Made by a program: the position numbers and the translations under genes. A stretch of DNA of 63,047 bases, counting the filler, from Collodictyon triciliatum (Eukaryota), in NCBI GenBank assembly GCA_043381765.1. It is 8 parts of 8 records of this genome, joined end to end, with 100 filler letters (N's around TTAATTAATTAA, not from the genome) between each part and the next. Parts side by side here need not be neighbours in the genome. Positions count along the whole stretch, not along the records: positions 18,612 to 27,809 come from JBHJMP010003119.1; positions 27,910 to 37,107 come from JBHJMP010003120.1; 6 more parts are not named here. One strand, 5' to 3'. Position 1 is the first letter of the stretch. Every line of letters begins with the position of its first letter. The notes beneath the pieces were generated by a model. That model worked only from the letters and a program-made list of their open reading frames with translations, ran no database searches and had not been told where the DNA came from. Positions 18,612 through 32,100 of the stretch are shown here, in pieces.

Positions 18612-19060
18612 TCACGCCATTCAAAAGGCACTCAGCCTGGTTTGGAGAATATGAAGGTCATTCTGGAGACTGGCAGATATCTCTTGCAAATGCTGTCAAA
18701 ACCGCTGTCCTTCTCCGTGACACAAAGACTTTGCAGTGATTAACAAAATCCACGTTCCATGTATAATCATTCACTGGATAGATTATTGACACATGCCATC
18801 ACCAGAAAAGATTGAATCCAAATCTCATCCTTTACAGTCATTTCATGTATATCATATATCGCGTATAGCGTATCTGATACCTTATTATTTTTCTACCGAT
18901 GTATCTTGTGTTCTTGGGAATCAGGAGATGGCAAAAACTTTACACAGCATAAAACTGCCATTCACAAGTCTTCACCAAGAAACCTCCCGCCCGCGCCTGT
19001 TACGCAGCCGTCAGTTTTCCTTGTGATGCCCATTTTGATATGGAATGCATCGCTGTCCTC
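18612..19060 (+). pseudogene. RidA/YjgF (reactive intermediate deaminase) family remnant
   Basis: Family motifs lie in different frames: LENMKVILETG (18642), ISLANAVKTAVLLRD (18677), DFA (18727), then YTA*NCHSQVFTKKPPARACYAAVSFPCDAHFDMECIAVL (TAA 18950). At least two frameshifts and one stop. Confidence 0.7.
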
Positions 19061-22000
19061 AATCCCAAGGAAACACGATTGCATCGACCAATGGAAGAGC
19101 CAGCAAATACTCATTCAAAAACCAGAATAAAGAGAAAAAAAATGTAAAAATGTAAGATTTAGTGGCGTTGCATATGCACTTCCTCCCTTAGCTAACGAAT
19201 CTCAGTCTACAAAATAAGCTGTATTTCCATGAATCTTCAGTCTTTCCAGATCAAACCGATTTCTTCGATCAAGCAGAATCACAAACAATCAAACAGGAAA
19301 TCGCAACAACTCACAAAGCAGGAAAGCCTGAGACGAAGCAGACTGAATCGCTGCGTATCTGCTTTCAAAGCAAGCGTGTTGTGAAGAGCCCCAAATAACA
19401 GCAGCATAAATACTCTCTTTACTGCGCAGTGAAATACGCTGGAGAAGAAACTGTTGTCGACTGCGTGGCCAACCTCGGGCTTTCCCAGCAACTGTTCGGG
19501 CCGATCGCTGGCAGCACACCGTGTCCTTTGAGGATCTCGTCGAAATCATGGAAAAGAGTAAGAATTGAATACTTTCTTTTCCTTCTCCTTTTTCTTTACT
19601 TGTTTCCTTTCTTCGTTTTCGTTTTTGTTTTCGTTTTCCTTTTCCTTTTCCTTTTCCTTTTCCTTTTCCTTTTCGTTTTTTTTTATTAGTTTTCGTCTTC
19701 CTTTTCCTTTTCCTTTTCCTTTTCCTTTTCGTTTTCGTTTTCCTTTTTTCGTTTTCGTTTTCTTTTTCGTTTTCGTTTTTGTTTTTGTTTTTCCTTTTCC
19801 TTTTCCTTTTCCTTTCCCTTTCGTTTTCGTTTTCGTTTTCTTTTTTTATTAGTTTTCGTCTTCGTTTTCGTATTCTTTCTGTTTCTTTTCATTTTTCTTT
19901 TCATCTTTTCCTTTTCCTTTTCCTTTTCGTTTTCCTTTTCGTTTTCCTTTTCGTTTTCGCTTTTCCATTCTCCGTTTTCTTTTCCTTTTCCTTTTCCTTT
20001 CCCTTTAGTTTTCTTTTTTATTAGTTTTCTTTATTTGTTTTCGTTTTCTATATGTTTCTTTTCATTTTTCTTTTCATCTTTCGTTTTGGTTGTCTTTTCC
20101 TTTTCTTTTTTATTTTCACTTTAGGTTCCCTTTTTTTCTTTGTTTCTTTATCTTTTCTTTTTATACGCAAAAAGCGTCGCTCCTTCCTTGTTTCATTATT
20201 AGTATATTTATTGTCAAAGATCGACTATCTAAACCCGAGGAGTCATTCTACTCGCCCACAGGTCACATACCAGCTGTGCTTGGATTATCGCGTTGGTCTT
20301 CACACATTTTTCTCATCTTGTGCATGAATCTTAATTAATTGATGCCACTGAATGCATCATGTTTGATGAGGATACATATGAATTATATAAAACTCGTGTC
20401 ATTCTCGTATCCGATTATATCAAAACACAAGCATACAAAAGCCCAGCTATTATGAAAATCTGAAAACAAAAATTGCAATAAAAAAAGGAAGCGGCAAATC
20501 AAGGAATGCCTATGACTGCAGATGCTCTCTTATTCAAATTCACGACAAATGAATGGCAGCCAATGCGACAATATACCCTCACTCAAACAAGCCTATCACC
20601 ATAACGATGCCGCAATGCAAGAAGATTGAACCAGGGCTGGGTAAAACTGTGTGTGCAGCTGGTAAGTGTGTAACGCCATATGAGAAATCGAAAAAAATAA
20701 AATAAAAACATGCAAAATGTACCAAAATAATAATTGAACTCCAAAGTTTCCATGTGTTGGTAACGCTGCTCGTTTGTAATGATTCATACATTAGCGGGCT
20801 TCTTGGATACGAGATGGAACGATTTACGATGGGCCTGCATGCGAGGTTCTTTGTCTGCCATTTCCTTAACTTAATTTATTTTCTATTTATACAAGGTGGT
20901 GGAGTTTTTATCTTCGGTTTTCTAACCTTTGTTCATATGGACGCTCATTCACACCCGACTGGTGCAGAAGTTGGTAATCAAGAATTGCATCTCAAGATTG
21001 GTCTGTAACTGTATGTTGTGCCTGCATGAGAGCTAAAGCGATGTTTAATTTCTTTCTCAGCCTCTTTCAACATGTCTCTTCTCACAAGGTCTGGGTAATG
21101 AATAATGTCAAGAGACTAGACAAGTTGTTAAGGAAAGAAATAAAATAAACAACTATATGAACTACATAATGAAAAAATGTATTTATGTTTGTGTTAAATA
21201 TTGTTATTTCGTGACACTGAAATCATTGATGAAAATATGCTGGTAATTTGCACATTGCTAAATATTTTGACATAAAATATTAATGTGGTCTTGTTTTGTC
21301 GTTTAATAGTTATATTCAATTTATTTTTTTAACATCTCCATTTATTTTGTATTACTTATTTATCATATGCTTATTTTAAAAAAAAATGCAATTGTCTATA
21401 TCATTATGTGTTTTCTGCTGTGTATCTATCTATGTATCTATCTATGTTGTCACGAATTATTTATCCAAGTGTTCTTTAAATAAGTAAAAACAAACCATAC
21501 ATAAAAAACGACCTGGCATTTGTTGGCGGAGAAGCGTCACCCATCCTTAACGCTGCTTGCTTGATACAAACATGATTAGTTGACAGCGCGAGCTTTTTCT
21601 TCTTGTTTATTTATCAACCCTCTCAATCGCAATTGAGTCCCTTCGAGAACCAGCACAGGCATAGGAAATGCTGCTGGTCTTTCTCGAGAGTGATAGGATG
21701 CCCGAACCACGAAGAGATCTTTGCCGTCGAGAGTGTTGTTCTTCGGCTTCGGAGAATTGCGAACCCAACGGAAACCAGAATGGATGAAGTCTTGGACAAA
21801 AATATCAAATTCGAAAAAACCAAGTGACAGATTCTATCCACATTTGCATAAAGGATTTTATATGAAAATTATACAAAAATGGGAATAATTCAGAAGGAGT
21901 TAAACAAATGTGGGATATATATCATGCATCCTTTCTAACCGCTTGGATACAGTATATATATCATACAGATGATGCAATAAATGTACTTACACAATTTACA

Positions 22001-22195
22001 CCGATTCAATAATTCCCAGCATAAACAGACAAAACCTAGTAGTTCTAGTAGGTAAGTGGCAGACGAATTATTTCGCCTGCATCGACCTTTATTTTTTCGG
22101 CAATTCGTTTCTTTGTTACTGTGATAATGCAAACTCTAAAGGAAATCATATACTGAAAAGCCTCCAACACACACACACAGCAAAGAAAAGACCCA

Positions 22196-25100
22196 ATGAA
22201 CAAACCCTTAAACCCACCCACGCACACAGAATCTGCAGCCACGCCCACTCTCCGGTCCGATGGCTCGGTGCTATCCTCTGCTTCTGCTTCGCTCGTCTGT
22301 CCCGCCTCAGAATGCGCTGCTGCTGTGCGACTTAACATGTCCTTTCCGATGGGTAAGTGCAGTGACCTTTTCCTTTTCCTTTTTCTTTTTTCCTTTTCTA
22401 TTTTGGTTTTCCTTTTCCTTTTCCTTTTCTTTTAGTTCAATTTTCTTTTAGTTCAATATTATTTTTATTTTTCTTTTAATTCAATGTTCTTTTTATTATT
22501 TGTTCGTCGTCGTCTCATAACTAATATCATGTAGTCCGTTGTCCTTCTAACCAGTTTAATCATGCTTCTGCATTGATATCTGAATTACATGAAATTATTC
22601 ATATTTATGCTTTCATTTCTGCATGTCGATTAATCTCGTCAATAAAATACAATTTTTAGAAGTTTCATACTGTTGTTGTGATTAATACCGAATCGCTCAT
22701 ACGTATGCAATCTTCGCCGGTTACTTTACTAAGTGCGCATCAACGCTCAGCCGACACTTATGCTTCAATTTGGCTCCGCATCTTTTTGGATTCGGGAATC
22801 GATAATCCCGTGAGGCAATATCAAAAACATATAAACCAATAAATATCAAATGATCTACAATTTATGATTAAGTATCTAATTCAAACGTTTATTCATAGGA
22901 GTTTTCTTCATCTTTTTTTGATTATACTTAGTTGTTTCAAATGTGTACCATTTCAAAGGACGTAATGCTGTTTCGTGATATACTCCGAACCCCAGACACA
23001 CGTTTGTTATGCTTAGTTATATTATGTTATGTTATGAACAATTTCCCATTTTCTTATGTCCATTTAGATTTTTTCATAGAAAACACAGTATCATCCAAAA
23101 TTTTGATTTCTTTTCTATCACTATTATTGGTATTGTTTTTATCGTTTACAAAGTTGATACAAAATCGCATCCCATTTCACGGGATTGTGGTGATGCATCC
23201 TTCATAACATGCGACCCAACCGGAACCTTGGTCGGACTGGCCGCTGATACTACGTTTGACATCTTTCAAGTTTCGGTAGACCTTTCTTGTAATTTTTTTT
23301 TTAAAAAAATTGATTTATTTATCCGTCAGAACATTCTTTTTATTGGTATTGAATTCCTTGTTATATGTTTCTTATTTCAAAACTCAGGGAGTGAAAAGTC
23401 TTTATCTGTCTATATCTTGCTACAAATCAATCTGATTTATATTATTAGGCAAATAAGCATGTTATCCCTCTCGAAGGGTCATGAACTAAGACTGACACGT
23501 GCTGTGTTTGGCGGCAAAAAGGACGAGTTTCTAGTGACCTGCAGCGAAGATAGAAGCTTCAAAGTATGCGATTTCCTTCAAAAACAGCTTGTTTACCAAA
23601 ATGGTATTCTGTCCACATCGCCGTTGTTGTCCTTGGCTACTTACGCAGACCATGAGGAATATGTGGTGAGTTCAGCAGACGGAAAGGTTTCATATATACA
23701 CTGAGTTTTTCTGTTTGTTCTGTTATGCTTGTTTTAGAATTGATTAATAGTAATAATAATCCTCTTTAAATCCCCATTCATAACCTCTTTTATGCTTCAT
23801 ACTTCTCTCGCTGGAGGAAATACCAATCAACTTAACCACAATCGTACTTTAGAATACAATTTTGTCAATATTCAAGTAGTTGGTATGGAGAATTCATAAT
23901 GAAGGACTTTTATTTTGTGCATCTAGCTCAGATTCTACAAGTTAGACCCAGCAACGGTCATGGAGGTCACTGTCTCTGTGAATTGAACTTACATGCATGG
24001 TTTTCAGCCAGGCTTTCCAAAGAAATGGATGGCCGAGTGGACTCTGGGCCTGTCGTGATATCGAGCGTTCCTCCTTGGAAACAAAATGGCATAATCAATT
24101 CCTGCAGAGGAATATTTCCCCCCAAACCACAAGGTGGACTGTCCCATTCTTTCCCTTCATTTCCTTCCTGTCTCTGCAGACCAAACACCACACCATAACG
24201 GCGAAGAAGAAAGTATTTTCGCTGTTGACCAGACTTTGTAATGTTCATATATATATGTGCATGTTCATATTTGAACTGGTCACAAATTCACTATACGCAT
24301 AAATGTTGTGTTGTTTATTCCATCAAAATGCCACTTTCTTTCTCGTCTTTTTTTTTTATGAGGTTTACTTCATCTTCCGCTCTAATGTATATATCTTTTA
24401 TATTCAGACAACGAGACTTAACCAAACTTGGAAACCAAAAAACTGGTTGGGACAACAGTTGGTCTTGTTCAAGTAGAATCCCAAACACAAGAGCCAGCAT
24501 TGTAATGAATTTTTTCGTTTCTTTGGGAACATATGCTTTATTTCCATAGCATATTTTTACTTTTTCTTTAAATAAAAGGTAAAGGAAGGAAGGACGGACC
24601 TCCTCGAATTTTATCGGCTGTTTACAAGGTGACCATGAAGCTTCTAATTTTCCTTTTCTTTCCTTTTTATTTTTTTTTTGTTTTGTCTTTTTTTGTCTGT
24701 TTTTTGCCTTTCTTGAAGCGTCCACTTAATCACCAGTAGCACCATCATCGGCATCTTTAGCATCTCCCAGTGTCGGGTTTACTGCATCGGATTATGTCGT
24801 TTGTCCCTTCACTGACACGTCGGCTTGTCATGATAATATTGATCGGATCTCATTTTTCTCGTTTACTAATATTAATGACCGGCATTCGAAAGTGGTAAGA
24901 AAATTAACCCGTCTATTTCTTTTTAAAATAAAGTGCGTTTGCTGCATGGCCAATCATTTTTTTCCAGTATTTAGCTTCGTCGTGACTACAAATGCAATTC
25001 AAATTGTATATTCATATCTTTACCTTTTCTTACGATTAAAAAAATATATTATCATAAATAATCTATTAAGAACGCATGTATGTGAATAAAAAAATTAGTT

Positions 25101-27642
25101 GTATCTATACTATAAACAAAAACTTCAACACTCTTTGTAATACCTAGCAAAGTGACGAAGTCATTTCAGTGTTTCCTTCAAAACCACTGCAGGCCAATTC
25201 TTACCTTATGACAGATTTTGTTGTCAAACCAGAGCCCAAGGCGGAAGATAATCCTTCGTAACATTGAGAGGAGCTCGTGTATACCTTATTCAATGTCACC
25301 TTATTATTATGTTTTTCTTCATTCTATTTCTCATTACCTATTTCGTTTATAAGACGATTAAAATGGAGGTAAATTCATCAGGATATCTTGCAATATTTCT
25401 CTACATATTGGACTGATTGACGCAAAGAAGTCACATGTGTTATGACCCAATCTCAACCGTGTTTTTCGCTTCTTTTTGCATGTATGGCTTCAGCCTCCTC
25501 AACTTTGAAGGAAAAAGTTCCAAAGATTGTTAAGACCCAGTCACATTTCACTCAAGGGTAAAGTCGTCAGGATAAGGAGCTGCTTCAGTCAACTCAACAA
25601 AACCAAAGACAACTTTAAAGAGATTAGGCTCATCAGGGTTTTGCATTTATAACCAGCACTTAATCATATATAGTAAATAACATAAATTTTAAAAAGAGAG
25701 TTAGTCACACACATACATACACCTGGTTTATATACACAATAATCATCTTTTCTTTTTTCTTCAAAATGTTTTTAAGGAAAGCCTATGACTGAATGAATAA
25801 TAGCTGATTTTCAAATTGAAAAAAAATCGTATGTATTGGAGAAAGATGAGTTTTTTTGAGATATGTTTTGATATTGCGTTCTTTTACTTGACTTGATAGG
25901 AACTTACTGGAAAAAAAGTACCTCATAAATTGTGAGCCTCCTCATGTCCCTCAACCTCGGGCATCTGTTATTCTGCCACAATCCGGCGCCGTTCTACGCC
26001 TGATTCATTCAAGTGAATATTTTCCAATATCATTGCCTTCTTTCTTGTTTTTTCATTTTCACTTGGGTGTTTCTATGTGATGATGATTTTTAAAAGAAAA
26101 GGAAGAGAAAGCGAATCTTGATACTGTCGATTTGTATCAATCAAGGCAATGCAGAGAGAATAACCAGCTGCGGGTCTGATAAAGTCACTCGCGAAATAAA
26201 GCTCCCTTTAGCAAAGTTTAAAGGAGAAGGAACAGATTATCGAGGTATTTTATAAAGTGAGATTCAGCTCATCAGGTTTTGCTTGTGTATCTAACACTAT
26301 ATAGAGGCACTGGATTGTGGACGAAGTAAATTACTCATTATACCACTTGTCCATAATCTACCTGTTAACTTAATGGATAGGACACAGCGCACCGGTTCTT
26401 TTAGTTGCGTATAGTCTCAAGAATGATTATTTATTGACTTTTTCTGCTTATAGAACGGGTTGGCTCTGGGGCAGTGGAAATCCCGACCCTTTGGTCATTT
26501 TTCGGAACGTTGTCAACAACACAAAGGATGACGCAAGGATATTGGAATTCTCTGTCTTTTCTTTTAAAAATATAATGCTCATGTTCATATACATAAACGG
26601 ACTCTCCAAGTATGGCCAAAAATATAGCTATTTTTTTTAATTATCAATATTTTTACACCCTTTTTTAAAAAATTAAATGAAGGAGAATCCAGAGTTTTCA
26701 GGCCCAATTCGGCAATCAAAGTTCTATTAAATGGATAAATGTGTTCTTATTAGTTGCGGCAATAAGTTGATTGGGTACAAATACGTGATTGAGGAAACCC
26801 CTAAAGACGACCTCCTTCGGTAATGGCGAAACAAAGCCTTACAATCTCAAATGACACCTTTCAAAGGTTTTTTTTTGCTCTAATATCCTTGTATGATTAA
26901 CAATCCCTCAAATCGATGAAATAAATGTAATAAAAAATATATAAACGGGTTCCGGAATAACAATAAGTATATATCAGCTGTGAAATCATCATCAAAGGCC
27001 CAAAGTATCACAGATTTTGCATGCATAAATACCTTATTATCACGTAAAGAAATTTCCATTTAGGTCACTTTCTCTGAAAAAAAGATCTTATTTATTATTC
27101 CCTGTACTTGTATGGCATTTATGACATGATTAATCATACTTTGAATCGAATAAAGGAAAAAATGACATGATTAATCATATTATTTTTACATTCATATCTT
27201 TTTCACTGATCAATTGTTTTTTTTCTACGTCAAGATATTGTCATTTGTTCATCATCAGATGAGAGTCGCACCGTATTCGATAAGGTCATAAAATCGATAG
27301 CACGGAAAATACCTGGTGCACATGCTCGCCCCATACATAGGTTTCCATATCATTATATATTTGCACACTCGTAGAACGTCCTATGTCCCGACAATCTTAT
27401 AATACGCATGATTTCTAATATTCGGCCATCACGGATTCCTTGTTTCTTTTTCTTCCCTTTTTATCTATCATCATTTTTGTAAAAAAATAATAATAATTGT
27501 AGCGTTGATTATTCCTTTAATCTTCAGTAATAGAATGTGTGAAAACTCTTAATATGTATCACATCCACAGGAGTCTTATGACCTCTTTTTTAACTGCGGC
27601 CACAGATAATTATGTGAAGCAATGGGACTTGAGAGCGAATTG
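22196..27642 (+). pseudogene. WDR27: WDR27 homologue with retained exon-intron structure and multiple disabling lesions; start approximate, 3' end cut by contig end
   Basis: LVTCSEDRSFKV..LVYQNGILSTSPLLSL, VISSVPPW, VNSSGY, KFY*MDK..KDDLLR, AHARPIH, SYDLFLTAATDNYVKQWDLR. Frameshifts at about 23476 and 23947; TAA at 26728 and 27550; acceptor CGG instead of CAG at 26946-26948. Confidence 0.8.
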
Positions 27643-27689
27643 GTAAAGCTTCAAAACAGCTTAGACTAGACTAAATGAAGCAGCACATC

Positions 27690-27809
<120 letters not shown>

Positions 27810-29055
27810 NNNNNNNNNNNNNNNNNNNNNNNNNNNNNNNNNNNNNNNNNNNNTTAATTAATTAANNNNNNNNNNNNNNNNNNNNNNNNNNNNNNNNNNN
27901 NNNNNNNNNAACATAGGAGGCCTCAAGGCAGTCTTCGTTACTTATCCGAAAGGATACTCCAAAGCGAAGGCAACACAAGAACCAGCGCCCACCAAAGATA
28001 GTCCATTTACCCCGCCCCATCCCGTCGCACCGAGAACCAAGGAGCAAGAGCAAACAGCACAAGTCGAATCCAAGCTTGGAACTTCACGCACTAAAGACAG
28101 TCCGAGCAAGCAGGAGCGTATGTTTCTAAAACCGCAAACGCTTATCCATACTCCGGTTAAGCAAAGTCCACTGCCGGCTACGCATGGCTCCGAAACCAGG
28201 GGACGGTGAAGCGCCACTTCCGATAATACCAGACAAACAACGATGTATTGCTTTTTGTCAGAGTCGCCCAGCAAGAAACGCAAGGAAAGTGACCCGTTGT
28301 CCCCTCAAAAGACCCATCCTGTGGAATGAAATAGGATGTAAACCTTGTCTGAGATAGAGGGCTGAAAGGACTCGTCGGAATCGCTTATCGAAGTAACTGC
28401 CATGTGCGTACTTTCATCGACTCGACAACTTTATCCGCTCTTCTGTCAGTCTCGAATACAACCAGAAATCGCGTTGAAGTTGAATCACCTTGGGTAGAAT
28501 AGTCTGCGTGAGATAACACTTTCTTTCTACTATCTTTTTTTCTTTTTTCCTGTTTTTTCTTCCATCCAAAACACAAAACTCCAACCACACAAGCCTGGGG
28601 TTTTCTACTTTCTCATCCACAGCTCATTTTTGTCCTGGAGGCGAAGGCTGTATCCTCGGCTTTATTTTCTCTCTCGATAAACTGTTGAAAAGAAACCCAA
28701 ATGAAAAAAAAAAAAAAACACCCCAACTACCTATACACTACATAAGACTTTGTTTCGTATTTTATGGCCGCACTGTATGATTGCAATGTCATCTATCATG
28801 TGGGAATGCGTATATCTGCAAACTTTATTGAGGTTCCCTAACTCATACGACTTTTGGGTATTCGATTTATTTTAATCTTTTTCTGATGAAGCATCCTTCC
28901 AGAGAAAAAGACGCATGGCCAGCTGAAAAATACCCTCAGTGAATGGTTGGATTTTGTCTAATTACACATGATAGCCATCAAAAAAAATAATGCTAATTTA
29001 ATTATTATTATTATTATTATTGTTATTATTATTGTTATTATTATTATTATTATTG

Positions 29056-29153
<98 letters not shown>

Positions 29154-29174
29154 GCTGGAATTAGCTTTAACCTT

Positions 29175-32100
29175 TTAAGCTGCAGCTTTCTTTTTCCATT
29201 CTACTGATTTTTCAGCGTCCTTCTCGACACCCCATCCATTCTCATAGCACTCAGCCATCATTTGAGCCTGGAACTTTGTGAACTTACCCTGCTCACAATA
29301 TGCGACAAAGTCCGCATCAAATGAAGCAGCGCCGTTTGAAAACAAGAGGGATTTGTTAAATTGACACATTCCTGTGATGTTTCTGATGTGAATATTTCCA
29401 CCCTCCAACTTTCTTGAGCCGATAATCTGAACTGCCTTCATATTTTCGACACTACTGGCATCTGTCAAGTTCACTTGATTGCTTAATTTGGTGAATGCTG
29501 TGGCGTTCTCGACAGGATTTTCTTTCTTTGCGATTAAATTCCCCTGAGTGTAGGTAATTTCTGATTTTTGTAAATCATGTACTTGACTATCGGTAGTTGG
29601 ATTACAAATACGCACTGATTTATCATAACTTCCTGAAGCCAACCAAATTTCCCTATTCGGTCCTTGAATACTGCAAACGCTAGTGACAAACTTCGTAAAC
29701 CCTTCTATTTTTTTAATGAAGGTTGCTGTGGCCAAATCCCAAATACGTATTGTCTTATCATTACTTGCAGAGGCCAACCAACTTTCACCATTCGGTCCTT
29801 GAAATTTACAGATACCGTTCACCTCACGAAGATGACCATTCAGTAATTTGATTTGGTTTCCTGTGGCTACATCCCATATACGTATTGTCTTATCACTACT
29901 TCCAGAAGCCAGCCATATTTCGCCATTCGCTCCTTGAATACTGCAAACACAGTTTACATAGTCTGTATGACCTTCTAATGTTTTGATTTTATTTCCTGTG
30001 GCTATATCCCAAATGCATATCGTTTCATCGTTGCTTCCAGATGCCAACCAGCTTTCACCGTTCGGTCCTTGAATAGTACAGAGATTATTGATAAATCTGG
30101 TGTGGCCCTCCAGTGTTTTAATATGGCATCCCGTAGCTATATCCCATATGCGTATTGTTTCATCATCGCTCCCAGAAGCCAACCAATTCTCACCATTTGG
30201 CCCTTGAATACTGCAAATACATCGCACATAATCTGTATGGCCCTCTATTACTCTTATTTTATTTCCTGTGGCTACATCCCAAATGCGTATTGTTTTATCC
30301 CAACTTCCAGAGGCTAGCAAATTTTCATCATTCGGTCCTTGAATGCTGCAAATACTGTAGACGTACTCTGTGTGACCCTTTAATAAAACAACTTGTCTTC
30401 CCGTGGTAATACTCCATATCCGTACTGTGTGATCACTACTTCCAGAAGCCAACCATATTTCACCATTCGGCCCTTGAATAGTGCAAATACTTACGACAGT
30501 GTCTGTATGACCTTCTAGTGTATCATAAAGAATTCCGAATGTTACATTATTCATATTTGTGTCATCAAAAACACAATCACCAAGCATCGAATTTGTAAAA
30601 TCGACACCATCCAAGTTGGCCCCAGTGAAGTTTGCGCCATCAAGAATTGAACTACTGAGATTTGCATGTGGAATCTTGATGTTTGATAAATCCATCCCAC
30701 TGAACGAAACATTCATGAAATTCAAAATTGTGATTGCATCAGATGCAGCCTTCGATTTGCTCTCATCAGTTCTCGACATGAACACTATTCTGAATAAAAA
30801 TGCAATGATTTGCTCACGATTCCATTCTTCACTCAGTTTTGCATCATCGAGAACTTCATCGATGAATTCCTTAACTCTTGAAAACTCGACAGGCTCTTTG
30901 TTGATTCCAGTTTCTTTTGAATAAAGGGACAAGTACTTGTAGGAGTTTAATGTTCTGGGGTGAATCCATGAGAGTTTATCAGCGAATCTGTCTCTCATTT
31001 CAGCCCAGAATACGAAAGCTTCTTTATGCTGCTTCAGTTCTTTGTAATTCATGTCCAAATACTCGCAACTGCTCCATATTCCGAGATAATCCATGGAATA
31101 TAGTTTACTGAATAAATATATCAGCGTTTTATACAGCTGAATAACTACTTTATACTCATTCTTTTCTTCCATTAGCTTAACGATTCTTTGGCATTGCGAG
31201 CCATGCTTAATTGACATGGAAGTCTTTGTCTCCTTTCTGATTACTGCTGCCTTCTGGAAACAATCGACACACTGAGCAGAACTGCATCACAAATAATCAT
31301 ATGTCACATGTGAATAAGGGTAGTATCGTAACATACTTTATCATTTTTTTTGTTGTTGTTACTATTTTGTTTTTTGTTTTCGATTTTAAATTTTGATTAT
31401 TTTGTTTTTGTATGGTTTTTTGTTCTTATTCTTTACCTTTCAAGCTCAAAGTTTGTTTTACCAACACTTTCAAGGGAAGTTGCGTAATCAACATGCTTTT
31501 CTCCCAGTGTCCTCTTTCGAATCTCCAACGTCTTCGTATAAGCCTCTAAGGCGCCTTTATAGCTGAGATGAATAAAAAAAATTTTTTTTTATTTACAAAA
31601 AAAACAACAATTAAAGCAAGGTGCAGTTTACAAAATTTTCTAACTCTCTCAAGTCATGGCTGATGTCCCCAATCATCTCATAGCAGGCCACAACATTCGG
31701 GTGATTTTCACCGAGGGCGGAAATGAAAATATCCAGAGATTGCTTCAATGAATATGATGCTTCTGTTTTCCTTGTCGAGTACATTATATAGTCAGATTAT
31801 GTAAAAAAAAATATATGAGTCTAAAAGAATAGCTATACATACTTTTCACTTGCGAGATAAACGTTTGCAATAAACTGAATTGTTAAAGCAACAGTTGCAT
31901 GGTTGATTCCCAACGATTTTTCCAGGATTAACTTTGCTTTTTCATAATTTTCTATAGACTCTCCGAACCTAGATTATTATGTCAGATCGAAATTTGCATT
32001 TTGTGGCTCAGGGCAATAAACTGTGGTGAAAATAACGATATTTTACTTCCTTTCGGCAAGATAGACGTGGCCGTAGTTCTGATATGATGTTGCAACAAGA

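Noticed and set aside
19241-21098. Plus-strand spliced model resembling a HicA toxin (VSFEDLVEIMEK...HSNKPITITMPQCKKIEPGLGKTVCAAAGF)
   Set aside because: Lacks the GSH catalytic motif and depends on chosen weak splice sites; an equally plausible interrupted minus-strand reading exists on a contig full of pseudogenes.
26728-27552. TAA reassignment (alternative genetic code) to explain stops in WDR27
   Set aside because: TAA is a true stop in Rac (after CaaX), FAM91A1 and others, and the same gene also has frameshifts and a broken acceptor.
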